A stretch of 64,000 nucleotides of DNA from Porphyridium purpureum (GCA_008690995.1 VRMN01000003.1:1240001-1304000), one strand, 5' to 3'; positions 1 through 10,965 are shown, counted from the stretch's first letter. A program made the numbers and translations. The notes: generated from the letters alone by a model not told the origin.

Positions 1-657
1 AGGGTTGTTCTCAGCAAACGCGCGGCGCAAGAACGAGCGGAACGGCGCAATGCCAGTTCCCGTCGCCAACATGATGATGGTCGCGCTGGTGTCTGCCGGC
101 ATCAAGAGACCGGTTCCGACAGGGCCCGACAGGTTCACCGGGTCTCCTGGCTTCAGGTCGCAGATGAAGTTGCTGCACACTCCCTTGACCTCCTCGCCGG
201 TCTCTGGGTCGTTGTATACCAATCTCTTCACGCACAGACCGACGGTCTTGTCATCGCCAAAGTCGCCGTGGCGCGTGGACGCGATCGAGTACAAACGCAC
301 CTTGTTCGGCTTGCCCGTCTTCGGGTCGTTGCCCGGCGGGATCACGCCGACCGACTGGCCTTCCAGGTACTTGACGTTGCCGTCCGTGTTGATGATGACA
401 TGGTTGGTCTCTCCCGGCGCGCCCTCACCGACGATCAGCGAGTTGTACACGCACGTGCCGACGTACGGCGCATTCGGGCGGAACGTGTTGAGCGGGATCT
501 GCGACTTCTCCAGTCCGTGCGCGCTCATGACCGTTGCCCTTGCGCGGCTGCGCAGCACGGGCGCCGCGCGCGCGGCGCTCTGCACGCTCACGCATCGCTC
601 CTGCGTGCCCACAAAGCTGGACGCGCTTCCCATAATGCTTCCAACGAAGGCAGCCAT
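1..657 (-). CDS. petH: Plastid ferredoxin-NADP+ reductase, 5' part; runs off the window edge
   Basis: My translation from ATG 657 (missing from the ORF track): MAAFVGS transit peptide, then [39 protein letters not shown] and [16 protein letters not shown], all canonical FNR motifs. Confidence 0.97.
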   Translation of the reverse strand, partial: MAAFVGSIMGSASSFVGTQERCVSVQSAARAAPVLRSRARATVMSAHGLEKSQIPLNTFRPNAPYVGTCVYNSLIVGEGAPGETNHVIINTDGNVKYLEGQSVGVIPPGNDPKTGKPNKVRLYSIASTRHGDFGDDKTVGLCVKRLVYNDPETGEEVKGVCSNFICDLKPGDPVNLSGPVGTGLLMPADTSATIIMLATGTGIAPFRSFLRRAFAENNP

Positions 658-1112
658 GTTGTCAAATCGCCGTTTCCCACACGCGCTCCTCTTCTCTATG
701 TTGTCCCTCCTCCCCACTCCTTCCTTACCAACTCCTCCCGTCCCCCCTCCCCTCCTCCTCACTACTTCCTATTCCTTCTGTACCTCACGGTCTCATGTGT
801 GAACCACAAGAGTCATCGCACACACGCCTATTTCGGTCTAGGTTCTCTTGAGCCCCCCTCGCACACGATCTGGATCAACACTAAATTACCCCTGTTTTAA
901 TAGGAATGTCGGAGATCGACGCGACCCTGGGTGGACCACATATTTACGCGTTGTGGTAGATTGACGCTGTTTCTTCAATGAACAGCCGCACGGCGCTGCG
1001 CTTCTTGTTTGGATGAGATGGACTGTACACCTGCCGAGAGGTGCGTACACCTACGTCCAGATTGGATCATCGGTCCCAATGACCACGCCCCCAAAGACTG
1101 GACTTCCGCTGG

Positions 1113-2519
1113 TCAAGTTTGTTCCAGACGGAGAATGCATTCGCCAAACGAGCTGCCTTGCGTCAGCTGGTAGGTCAGCGCATCGTGCACAGGTTTGTAC
1201 GTGGCGAGAATCTGCGTGGCCTGCTCCCACGCCCATTGGATGCGGCGCACGCGCTCGGACTGGGAATATGAAGGCAGCTCGTGACCAGCGGCAGAGTCAG
1301 ACGCGTCGGGCATCCCGGATCCGGCCGGCAACGCAGCGATGGGACCGCTTGCTCGCCCTCGGGCCTTCCTGCGAAATGAGCCGCGCTCTTTCGCCCGCTG
1401 CAGGCTCCAGAACAGCCGGTCGCAGCACCGTGGATCCGTCTCAATCAGCGTCTTGTCCAACTGGTGCTCCGCAATGACGCCGCTTAACATCCACACAAGG
1501 TACTTATCCACAAGAGACCGTGAAAGCTCGTCAGCACTGGCTGGCGGACGACCTTTCTCCGCCGGGTCTCTTTGCAATCCAGCCCATTCACTTTGAATAC
1601 GGCTCGAGTGGGATGCGACCAACTCCTTGACGTTTGGCTCGAAGCACACAAAGGGCAGGCCAAGCAAGTAGGCCACCATGAGATGCGCGGCTTCCACTGA
1701 ACACTGTCGAACAGGGTCATCTGAAAACAAGCGACGCAGGCCCTGAGTAACACGCTCAAATGTCCCCGTCTGTGCCACAAAGCGGTCCACAGCCATGCCG
1801 CCGCCTGCTAGGACGAGCAAAGCATTCGCATAATCGTGCGAGCCGTGGTGAATATATGGCTCGAAAAGTTCAAAACTCACACCCCCTCCAAGGACTGCCA
1901 GAAAACCGCTCGCGCTGAATAAATCGAGAGACCGCGATGTGTCGAGCGTGCTCAAAAACTTGAGCGACGCAGTATCTGACTCTGCATCTGACCCCGGGCC
2001 GCGCTCGCTGCTCGCCTCATCACACTTTATTGCCCGCAGGCATCCGAAACGCCGAAGCGTCTTGCGCTGAGACAAAAGCGCAAGCGCTTTCCGAACAGCG
2101 TCCTGGTCTGCTGGTGCGGATTGCCTCAATGCGCAGTCAAGCAGAGCCTGTATCGCTGCATCGCTCATCTGCCAATCCGCTCGTTCAGCAAAGAGCGCGC
2201 GTGTCAGATCAATCGCCTGGTCGAACCGGCCCTCAGAGCACAGCGTCTGCAGCAAGGCGTTCCCGACGAGACTTTCTGGCATTTCGCGGATCATGTCACG
2301 TGCAGACTGCGTGGGTGTAGCATCCGCCTCTGTGCGCACAGATAAGTCTTCCTGTCCCGGGTTCGTCGACGTGGGCGATTTCTCAGCAAACCGGTACAGA
2401 CCAGCGAGCCTGCAGCATCGGGCGCGGGGCGCGCGAGCGTGGCTGGTAGGTTGACGCAACAATGTGGCGGTTCGTCGCCTAGATGGCGGGCTGACTGTGG
2501 GCACTGGATGAAACATCAT
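1113..2519 (-). CDS. Putative plastid protein with a peptidase M41/FtsH-protease-like C-terminal domain and no ATPase domain
   Basis: 468-aa ORF with a transit-like N-terminus, two hydrophobic segments, VEAAHLMVAYLLGLP (cf. HEAGHFLVAYLLG) and a C-terminal A..IL......HDAL...L......GECI pattern. Confidence 0.6.
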   Translation of the reverse strand: MMFHPVPTVSPPSRRRTATLLRQPTSHARAPRARCCRLAGLYRFAEKSPTSTNPGQEDLSVRTEADATPTQSARDMIREMPESLVGNALLQTLCSEGRFDQAIDLTRALFAERADWQMSDAAIQALLDCALRQSAPADQDAVRKALALLSQRKTLRRFGCLRAIKCDEASSERGPGSDAESDTASLKFLSTLDTSRSLDLFSASGFLAVLGGGVSFELFEPYIHHGSHDYANALLVLAGGGMAVDRFVAQTGTFERVTQGLRRLFSDDPVRQCSVEAAHLMVAYLLGLPFVCFEPNVKELVASHSSRIQSEWAGLQRDPAEKGRPPASADELSRSLVDKYLVWMLSGVIAEHQLDKTLIETDPRCCDRLFWSLQRAKERGSFRRKARGRASGPIAALPAGSGMPDASDSAAGHELPSYSQSERVRRIQWAWEQATQILATYKPVHDALTYQLTQGSSFGECILRLEQT

Positions 2520-2877
2520 GCGGATGCGTCTCTACGAGAACGAGCCGCCTTTGCCGTGATCTCGGACACACAACCAGTTGACGAAAAAGTTCAGCGGCCT
2601 CGACAAATTGCGATGAACTCGTTTGGCTGCTCTTCAGGCAGCGGGACGATAGGGCGGCGGTTTCTCAAGCAGCGGAAGCCACCCGACCCACGAGACAAAA
2701 GGATAAGCGAACCAAACGCAACGCGAGAAAGCCTTGTCACGACCACATAACCTCGTGACCACCTCACGCCCAAATGCAACCCACCTCCCGCCCGTGTGCA
2801 GTATGAATTTGAAAGGAGGTGCAGATTTGAAATGGGAGTGCGTCTTGTCTTCATCTTTATTGACCCAGAATATTTAT

Positions 2878-4578
2878 TCAGTCATGTATCCACTGCAGCC
2901 CGAGCTTGAATGCCTGGCGCTCCGCTTCAATGGGCCCGGCACTGCCATAGTTATACGCCGCAGGCTTCGGCGCACGGTCGCCTTCCATTTGCTTGAGCGC
3001 AGTGTCAAAGATCTGCCACGCGACGCGCAGCTCGTCATCACGAATGAACAGACTCTTCTCGCCCTGGATCGCGTCTAGAATCAGGCGCTCGTATGCATCT
3101 GGAATATCCTTGCTCTCCTCCCACGCCTCGCGGTAGAAGAGATTCAACCGCGCTTGCTCGAGCCGCGATGTCAGGCCCGGTGCCTTGCTTATAATTTTCA
3201 TGTAGATAGCTTCGTCGGGTTGCACACGGATCACCAGGCAATTGCTCTTCATCGACTCTGGCACGTTGAAAATGTCGCCGGGCGCGGGCTTGAACTGAAT
3301 CACGATCTCGGCCTTTCGCTCATCAAGCGCCTTGCCCGCTCGCATCAGGAACGGAACGCCTTCCCATCGTCGGTTCGGAATGTGGAAGACGCAGCTCGCA
3401 AACGTGGGCGTTGTCGAGTTTTTCGGGACACCATCGTCGTCGAAATAGCCTGGTTTGCCGTTGGCAGCTTTGTACTGGCCCAGCACAAAGTCATCGATGG
3501 TGAGCGGCTTCACCTGGCGCAGCACTTTCACCTTTTCGTTTCGGATATCCTCGCCGCTCAGAGATACAGGCGTCTCCATGGCCAGCAAAGCTAGAGCCTG
3601 AAGCAGATGGTTCTGCATGATGTCGCGAACAATGCCAAAGTCGTTGAAGTAGCCAGCGCGGCCTTCGACCCCAAACGGCTCTTTGAATGAAATCTGGACC
3701 GACTCAATGTGGTGATGGTTCCAAAGCGGCTCGAAAATCGAGTTCGCGAAGCGCAGCGTCATCAAGTTCTGCACGAGCTCCTTCCCCAAGTAGTGGTCGA
3801 TGCGGTAGACCTCTTCCTCTGAGAAGGAACTGCTCAGCGATGCTTGTAAATGCACGTATGAGGCAAGGTCGCGCCCGAACGGCTTCTCTACAATTACACG
3901 CGTCCAGCCTTTTGCCCCTCGCGCAGCGCGGTGAATTGAATGGCACGCATCCTCAAAGACACTTGGCGGCACTGCCAAGTAGAAGAGACGGTTGCTCACG
4001 CCACGCTGCTCCTCGAAGTCTGCCGTCAGCTTGTCCAAGGAAGCCATATCTTCCTCGGATGCGTAACTGCCCTTATGGTACCGACAGCGCGGGAGAAACT
4101 GGTCCATCTTTTCACTGCACTTGCGGCCGTCGAGAACGCGGCAGGTTAGACTGCCGAGAATGAGTTCGCGGAACTCATCATCGCTCATATCCCGCCGGGC
4201 ATACCCGACAATCTGAAAATCATCGGGAAGCAAGTCGTGGTAGAAGAGTGAAAACAGGGCCGGGAAGGTCTTCTTCTTGGCCAGATCGCCTGATGCGCCC
4301 AGCACCACGATTGAGATCGGCTCCTTACGACAATCGTCCGTGCGCTTGTGCACCGAGTCCATCAGCGATTTCTGAGTGTCGAGCTGCAAGCCCGACAACA
4401 TTGCCGATGCGCCGGGCGCCGGCGCATTTCTCGCATCCATGCGCACGGCATGACTAGCCTTTCTGACAGCCGCCGTCACCGCACGATTATTCATCAATGC
4501 ACGCTCCTTCTGCGTCCTTCCCGACACCGGCGACGAGGTTGCCGGCCCTGCCGACCCGACAAACGCCGAACCAGTCAT
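2878..4578 (-). CDS. G6PD: Glucose-6-phosphate dehydrogenase, plastid type
   Basis: Motifs GASGDLAKKK, RIDHYLGKE, EKPFG and DIMQNHL. Transit peptide MTGSAFVG from ATG 4578. The LTCRVLDGRKC cysteine pair is typical of thioredoxin-regulated plastid isoforms. Confidence 0.96.
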   Translation of the reverse strand: MTGSAFVGSAGPATSSPVSGRTQKERALMNNRAVTAAVRKASHAVRMDARNAPAPGASAMLSGLQLDTQKSLMDSVHKRTDDCRKEPISIVVLGASGDLAKKKTFPALFSLFYHDLLPDDFQIVGYARRDMSDDEFRELILGSLTCRVLDGRKCSEKMDQFLPRCRYHKGSYASEEDMASLDKLTADFEEQRGVSNRLFYLAVPPSVFEDACHSIHRAARGAKGWTRVIVEKPFGRDLASYVHLQASLSSSFSEEEVYRIDHYLGKELVQNLMTLRFANSIFEPLWNHHHIESVQISFKEPFGVEGRAGYFNDFGIVRDIMQNHLLQALALLAMETPVSLSGEDIRNEKVKVLRQVKPLTIDDFVLGQYKAANGKPGYFDDDGVPKNSTTPTFASCVFHIPNRRWEGVPFLMRAGKALDERKAEIVIQFKPAPGDIFNVPESMKSNCLVIRVQPDEAIYMKIISKAPGLTSRLEQARLNLFYREAWEESKDIPDAYERLILDAIQGEKSLFIRDDELRVAWQIFDTALKQMEGDRAPKPAAYNYGSAGPIEAERQAFKLGLQWIHD

Positions 4579-5560
4579 CTTGGTATCGCTGCTCCACCCA
4601 CCATCCACGTCGCGGCCGCGACACACCCTAATCCGACACACGCCACGCCCACAACCTGCAGCGTTCTTCTGCCCAAGTCTGCCGTGCTTGTACTCCGTCA
4701 GACGGTATCTTATATACCAAGGCGGAAGACGAACGGCGGACGGCGACCAGCGCTCTGTCTTTCTTCGACCGCACGCCACCTCGACATCGCGGGCACGCAC
4801 ATCCGTTGGAGAAAATCTTCAATTTTGACTTGTCGCGTTAGCGATGAGGTACAGTGATGTGGAGTACAGTGCGTGTGACGGGTGGCGATCGCGGGACGCG
4901 TGCGGTTGAGTCGCAGCACGCGCTATGAGCCGCGTGACTCCCGCTGCTGCGGCTGCCGCGATTTTGCGCGCCGCGCTATTCTGGGTGGGCGCGCGGCTTT
5001 CTGCGCCGCGCGGTGCGAAATTCGGCCGCAACCATCGCCGTGCGTTTTCTCGCGCCCGACACAGCTTTTCAACATTTGCGCTGTCCCGGCAAGTCGGCCC
5101 GCGGGAATCCCGCCAGGGTGTGAAGGGCTTTCTCAAGACGAAGGCACCCGCACGCGTGTCGGAAAGCAACCATGCGACGTCGACCACTGGCACTCGTGTC
5201 TGCCGAATAAGTGGTGGTAGTAGTTGCGGGTTCACGTCCGAGACATGTGTCGCGCGAAGGCCGTAGGGTCAAGGATTCTGATCACGAAGTGCTTGACGGC
5301 GGTGATTCTCATCGATGCTCACTATATGGATTTGAGCATTGTTCTGACGCGTTTGCATGGGGATGATACTTCCATTCTCTGTCAAGTTAGTGGGGTCGTG
5401 ATGAAGCACGTGGTTAATTTCGCCAAACACCTGGTTGAAGTATCCCAACAGTCCTTTAATTTTCCTTCACGTTTTGTTCTTCGGACTGCACTACTCTTCT
5501 GACTCTACCCACGGTCTCGAGCTTCCAGTGAAAACTTCGTTTCCAGATGGCAAAATCATC

Positions 5561-5752
5561 TTACTTCTTCGGCTTCACGGCATTCGCAGCATTCTCCATC
5601 GTGTTACCGGCCTTGTCCGCAGTGTTTTGCGCGGAACCTTTGACGTTGTCTTTGGCCTTGTTCGCGTCGTGGCGTGCCTGCTCCTCAGTCGTCCTGTTCT
5701 CCACTCCAAGGGCCACGCCAGTCTTGTGAGCTGCGTCCTTCATTGCGTCCAT
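5561..5752 (-). CDS. Small LEA-like hydrophilic protein
   Basis: 63 aa, rich in A/K/D/E/N/T, no aromatic residues or Cys. Clear paralog of 20177-20392 (M.DA..D.G..LGV...T.EE...PKK). Confidence 0.7.
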   Translation of the reverse strand: MDAMKDAAHKTGVALGVENRTTEEQARHDANKAKDNVKGSAQNTADKAGNTMENAANAVKPKK

Positions 5753-6088
5753 GATGCCTACGTTTGCTTGCTGACGATAACTTCACACCTTCCCACTACC
5801 CACTGCTCTTCTGCTCCTTCTCTCTACACACAACTTCGATACTTCTTCTCTTCTGCCGCTGTCGACCAGTCCTCCTCCGGCTGGGCAGACCTTCTTATAC
5901 CTGTGAGCCCGTGACAAAAGTCTTCCAGCTGGCTTGTGCCCAGGCAGATCCTGGATGTCCTTCGGCATACCGTCTCAAATTGTCGTGCGCGAGTGTGACA
6001 TAACACAGCTGTCGATGGGTCCAAATTGGGATTCCAGATGTCGCCTCCACCTGTCAGCGAGACAGCGTCGAACACATCAAGGTGACCT

Positions 6089-6506
6089 TGTCACAAAAAC
6101 CGGTTTTACGGGGTTTTGTGCCCCGGAGAGACCGCGAAGGCGTAGGGAAGAACTGCTACACGTCAGGCAGTGGGCCCGCCACCACGGACGTGAGGTCGGT
6201 CTGCAGGAGGTGATCTTCAGAATCCCTTGCTGCTTATAAGGACAACAAACCCTTTTTAACTAAATGTTCTTCACTACGCTCATCTCTGGTCCTCCTTTTT
6301 TTCCCGTCATTAGCTTGCGGGAGACGGAGTCCACTTTATATACTTCGCACGAGGTGACCGCTGTACGCCGGGCTGGCGTGGGACGAGATCCTGCGTGAGA
6401 ACTATCTTGCGAGGCTCGGCATGATCCCGTGCCTGTCGACAGCCCGGAGAAGCGATGCGAGGTGCATCTCTTAGTACAGTGGCTTGGAAGAGTGAACTTT
6501 CTGACA
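6089..6506 (-). repeat. 3' LTR of copia element 1
   Basis: Same length as 17828-18245 with no difference seen by eye. TG...CA ends and a minus-strand TATATAAA near 6335-6342. Confidence 0.96.
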
Positions 6507-6612
6507 CTAGCCCGACCTCGTTTTGTTGTTTGCTGAGCGCGAGTGCGATGCTCAACGTTGAACCTGCTTGCGTAAGCGCAAATTAACCTTCTCCGAAAAA
6601 CGTGAGAATGTT

Positions 6613-9600
6613 CTACTGAAGTAGATACACACGCGCGCTGGCAACGTCCGCTAGTTTACCGTGGCGTAACACGCGTCGCCAGAGCGGGCAGTCGCGCTCT
6701 TTGGTGAGCGCGTCGGCAACATTGTTGGCGCCCGCGACATGCACAAGTTCTGCGATCCGCCCCAGCGCCATGCCTTCCCGGAGAAGCAGAAGTCGAATCA
6801 TCTGCCTCTTTTCCTGGAGAATGGAGCTGCTTGCAACCGAGTCGTATATTTGCTTTGAGTCAGTGGCGAGGACAATGGGCGCATCTAGCCCGCACTGATG
6901 TAGTTCGTTCTGTATGCCTTCAGCGAAATCGTATGCCAACACCAAAGCCAGAAGTTCAGCACTCATGGCTGAGTGTGCCACCTGTTTGGCCTTATGTGAC
7001 GAAGAATGCAGATGGTGTACTGTGTCAGATGAGTCACCAAGGAAAATCGCGAAACCAAGTTGGGAAGTGTGGTCGTGATTAGAGGCGTAACTGGCATCTG
7101 CAAATACGCGTATCCTTAGCGTCGCTGGGTCTAGTGGGGCATATCGCACTTGTACTCGGTGATGGTTCACATACTTGGCGAGTCGCACAACCTTTCTCGC
7201 GTGTTCTTGAGTAAAAGAGCTTGCTGTCACTTGGGCCAATTTGGCTGTTGCGCACTGGATGTCTGGGCGCGTGCCTGATGACAAGTAGGCCAGCTTGCCG
7301 CGTATTGAGCGAAATTCCTCGAAGGTCTGCACATTCGGGATGCTTGATCCGAAGCATCTTTGGACATAAGCATCTTGGTCTATTGTCAAAGTCCGTCCTC
7401 GGGTGGTGACATGTGTCCCATTGAATGTAAAAGGCGGATCGAAACGACCTTTGTTATCGAGTCCAGAGGCAACTTTGGACTCTGCGGCGAACGCCGCCTC
7501 TTCGCCAAAAATCAAAGAATCGTCCACAAGCACGCCGACACCGCCGAGGAATGATTCTTCGGATCGGAGATAGAAGACGCAAGGGTCGAGACCGGCCGTA
7601 TTAAAGCCTATATCACGGAGTCGCTTGGTCAGTGTGGCATGCCAGTAGGTCCCCGACTCTCTGAGTCCATACAATGGCTTGACTATCCGGGCGTATTGAG
7701 GGAATACACTTTCCGTGATTTTGGAAAGGATGTCCCGCACGTCAGACTTTAGCCGGATGAATACTTTGCGCGATAGGTCCCACTCACTCTGCAAGTATGC
7801 TTGAGCAAAATCGCGGTATGCGATTCTATGCCCCCGGATCACTGCTATGGAAAAGATCGTGCGCATCATAAACCGCGATAGCGTTGGCGCATTTATGGTT
7901 GTGGATTCCGCGCCCGGATCCCGTGTTTTGATGCCTTGTGCGACGGAGCGGGATTTGAAGGTACCGTCTGCCTTGACGGTGTTTTCCATTCGCGAGCCTA
8001 ATAAAGTCGCGCCCGGCGGTACTTCATGCACTGCTTCAAGAGTGCCTCGATCGATTAAGCCACGAAGCTCCTTTTCCTTTGCTTCTTTCCATAAATCATC
8101 CTCGACATGGTCTGCGCTATCGAGCTTGAGAATTAGATTTTCCCGTACGTCTGTGGCTCGCAAATATGGTTTCACATTGTGGATGCTGAATGATAATTGT
8201 CTTGCCGGACCTCTCATATTCGGCACGAGCACCCACACCCGGTTTCCATCAACCTTGGCGCACACAAACGGGCCCCCATACTCATACGCTTCTTCGCGGC
8301 GCACGAGGACCGGGACTCCAGCTTCAATTCTGTCCCCCTCCCGCGGAAATTCAGGGGCTCGGCTCGCCAATGCTGCTTTCACACGATATTCTGCAATGGC
8401 GCGTTCATACGCGCCCCGCGCAATTATGGCCGCGGAAAGGCGGGCAACATTCATTTCGCGGGAATCTTCTCGGGCCGATTCTGGTCGCATGGCCAGTCGT
8501 GGTATTGTCCCAAACACCAGAAGGCTGGGAATTACACCTTCTGGGCCGGTGGTTACATTGACCGCCCGTACAGCGATGGCGAGAGAGTCCTCTGGAGTCA
8601 AACCTGGTTGGTCGCGGCGGACTCGTAGATACGTTTTCCGTAGAGGCTCATGGTGTCGTTCCACCGTTCCTTGGGACCAATGCGACTCTATGGGGACGAC
8701 GTCTACGACAGAGCACTCCCCTAGCATGAGCGCCTTAAAGTCGGCTGACGCAAAATTACTCTGGTGGTCCACTGTGATTCGATGCGGACTACCGAATACA
8801 GATATCCATCCCCGGAAAAATAAACAGAACAGGTCTTGAGCAGTTTCTCCGGACACAAACCATGCCCCGTTGAGCTTTGTGCCATTGCAGACTGCGTGTA
8901 GAACCGGGATGGATGGACTTGTTGCATCTGGATTCAAGTACATGATGTCAAGCGATACATTGTGGTTAAATGAAACCTCAATTTCCGCAGCAACTTTAAA
9001 GCTGCTTCGCCGCCCGGAATACCACTGGCAAATATCACACACGCGCAGCATGTCGTGTAGTTTCTTGTACTGTTCTGATGACAACGGGTTCCCAGAAAGG
9101 CGCAGTATCTTCTTCATCTGGGCGGCGCTTGCGTGTCCGAATCTTTTGTGAATATTTTTGAGCTCGGCGTCTGTGAACAGTAAAGCTTGTTCGGATGACT
9201 CCACATGGAATAATCCTTTCGAAAACGAATTTGCCGGGATCGATATGTGTTTGGAAGGCGCCACTTCTAAACGGATGTCAAAGTTCGGCCCTTGTAGTCG
9301 TAGAGGTGGTGGTTCACGTACCACGTTCAGTCGGTGACGCTCGAGTTCGTCGTTGCCGATGAGGATGGGCAGATTTGAGCCTTGGACCACAATGAAATGG
9401 AAAGAAAGAAAGGCGTCTGCACCAATCCCGACACGCACGGTCCCGACTCCGACCGGCTCCAGGCGCTTTCCCCAGACAAGTGTTGGGAGTTCTTTTGGTA
9501 CGGGTTCAAGTGTCTTAGGTGACCCTACGGTTTCACAATATTCGAAAAATGCGGCCACGCCTGCGACCGAAATCGGGGCGCCCGTATCCACAAACACACC

Positions 9601-9666
9601 TCTCCAGCGGCGCAGTGGCGCTGTGCGGCCGGAAATCCCACATATCGCCACCTGCACCATAAGGAG
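6613..9666 (-). CDS. pol: Copia Pol polyprotein (PR-IN-RT-RNase H), in frame with gag across one TGA
   Basis: PR: VDTGA. IN: HKRFGH..CDIC, LD..DHQSNF..ERHH and GPF. RT: KSRSVAQG, DFAQAYLQ, KPLYGL and LVDD. RH: FADAS, SAELLA, TDSK and ADALTK. Confidence 0.95.
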   Translation of the reverse strand, partial: LLMVQVAICGISGRTAPLRRWRGVFVDTGAPISVAGVAAFFEYCETVGSPKTLEPVPKELPTLVWGKRLEPVGVGTVRVGIGADAFLSFHFIVVQGSNLPILIGNDELERHRLNVVREPPPLRLQGPNFDIRLEVAPSKHISIPANSFSKGLFHVESSEQALLFTDAELKNIHKRFGHASAAQMKKILRLSGNPLSSEQYKKLHDMLRVCDICQWYSGRRSSFKVAAEIEVSFNHNVSLDIMYLNPDATSPSIPVLHAVCNGTKLNGAWFVSGETAQDLFCLFFRGWISVFGSPHRITVDHQSNFASADFKALMLGECSVVDVVPIESHWSQGTVERHHEPLRKTYLRVRRDQPGLTPEDSLAIAVRAVNVTTGPEGVIPSLLVFGTIPRLAMRPESAREDSREMNVARLSAAIIARGAYERAIAEYRVKAALASRAPEFPREGDRIEAGVPVLVRREEAYEYGGPFVCAKVDGNRVWVLVPNMRGPARQLSFSIHNVKPYLRATDVRENLILKLDSADHVEDDLWKEAKEKELRGLIDRGTLEAVHEVPPGATLLGSRMENTVKADGTFKSRSVAQGIKTRDPGAESTTINAPTLSRFMMRTIFSIAVIRGHRIAYRDFAQAYLQSEWDLSRKVFIRLKSDVRDILSKITESVFPQYARIVKPLYGLRESGTYWHATLTKRLRDIGFNTAGLDPCVFYLRSEESFLGGVGVLVDDSLIFGEEAAFAAESKVASGLDNKGRFDPPFTFNGTHVTTRGRTLTIDQDAYVQRCFGSSIPNVQTFEEFRSIRGKLAYLSSGTRPDIQCATAKLAQVTASSFTQEHARKVVRLAKYVNHHRVQVRYAPLDPATLRIRVFADASYASNHDHTSQLGFAIFLGDSSDTVHHLHSSSHKAKQVAHSAMSAELLALVLAYDFAEGIQNELHQCGLDAPIVLATDSKQIYDSVASSSILQEKRQMIRLLLLREGMALGRIAELVHVAGANNVADALTKERDCPLWRRVLRHGKLADVASARVYLLQ

Positions 9667-10961
9667 TCATGCTTGCTCATCAGGATCGTTCTGGTCATAA
9701 TCGACTAGTTTTTCTCGCAAAGAAGCCACGCTTTCCTTTTCTGCATCAACATCCGGGTCGGGTTCGCCCTCATTCTCCGGGTCGACCCACGCGACTCTTG
9801 AGGGCGGGCGCCCGTGCTTTTTCCAGCACGTACTTTCTTCATGTCCTTTGATGCCACAAAAACTGCAAAGTTTGTCAGTTTTCGTAGCAAACCTCCTACG
9901 CGGTCCTTCAGCCTTCTGGAAGCCGGTAAGAATATCGTCACCCTTTCCGAAGAGGGTGCCCTTGTTGTAATCCATTCCTTTGAGTATGTGTGAGAACTTG
10001 AAAATTTTCTCTTCGGGATTGCGGGCCTGGATCAAGGTGAAGAGCGGTGAAAATGTCGACGCCATGATTGCGCGGGAGACGTGGCGGGCAAGGCCGTCGG
10101 GTGTGTTATCGGGTACGTCGAGTTCGCGTGCCTCGGCTTCCACAGCGGCTCTCAGCCTGACCAACGACTCGTGTCTCGATGGCGACGACGTGATAAACTG
10201 GTCGAGGTTGAGCCGGCTTAGTGCCAAAATACGCTGTTCTCTCTTATCGTTTGAGTCGAATGACGACTTGAGCATGGCAAGCATCGAGTCTAAGCGCTGG
10301 TGTTGGGCGCTCGACACGAGCGCTTCGGCGCTTCCGCCCAGAATAAGCGGAAGCGCGCTTCTCGCCGTAGAGTCGTCGATGCGGAATACCGTTCGCGCTT
10401 GTTCGAATTTTCGGTACCAAACGGCAAATGGCATGCCATTTGGCTCGCCAGTGAAGACATACCGCTCGAAGTATTTTGTAAAGGCGACTTCATTTGGACT
10501 CGAGGACGCGTTTCCTCTTCTCAGACCGCGCGACTCACCAGCTCCGCCAAGCTCGACGTAGTTTTTATCTTCGTTCCCCAATGAAGTCTGGGAGAATGCT
10601 CTGAATGAGTCCTGGATATTGCGCCCGTACTCGAAGTTTGGCACCCCGCGGAGGCGACAGTATCGCTGCCACGCGAGGAGGCTCGGCGGGCCACCGTTTT
10701 CTTTCAGTAGGTCGTACGACATAAGGCTCTCAACCATCATCATTTCAATGTCATCGTTCCCCATCTCGTCGGCAGTCCTTAGCATGTCCTCGACAATTTC
10801 ATTCTTCGCTTTGACGTCGAGCCATGGGAAGCGCTCTGCTGCGCGTTCAGGCCGGGATGCTGGTACCTGTGTGTCGAGTGCCGGGCTTGATCTCTGCTTC
10901 TCTGGTACCGTCGAGGATGCGCCCGCCCGAGACGAATGAGCGCCTCGTGTCCTCGAAGATA
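9667..10961 (-). CDS. gag: Copia Gag, 3' part; the first 12 codons lie at 17679-17715 on the far side of the nested element
   Basis: CSFCGIKGHEESTC zinc knuckle. The frame is open up to the inner LTR. Removing the inner element and one CAGG copy restores ATG TCC AGT ... TCC CCT GTA TCT TCG in frame. Confidence 0.9.
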
Positions 10962-10965
10962 CAGG

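Noticed and set aside
5..900. Long plus-strand ORFs 5-802 and 268-900, and many similar antisense ORFs across the window
   Set aside because: They are shadows of codon-biased genes on the opposite strand (here petH) and carry no recognisable motifs.
1..4578. petH near G6PD as a relic of cyanobacterial petH-zwf linkage
   Set aside because: This G6PDH carries the eukaryotic plastid-type Cys pair, there is no opcA, and another gene intervenes. Coincidence is more likely.
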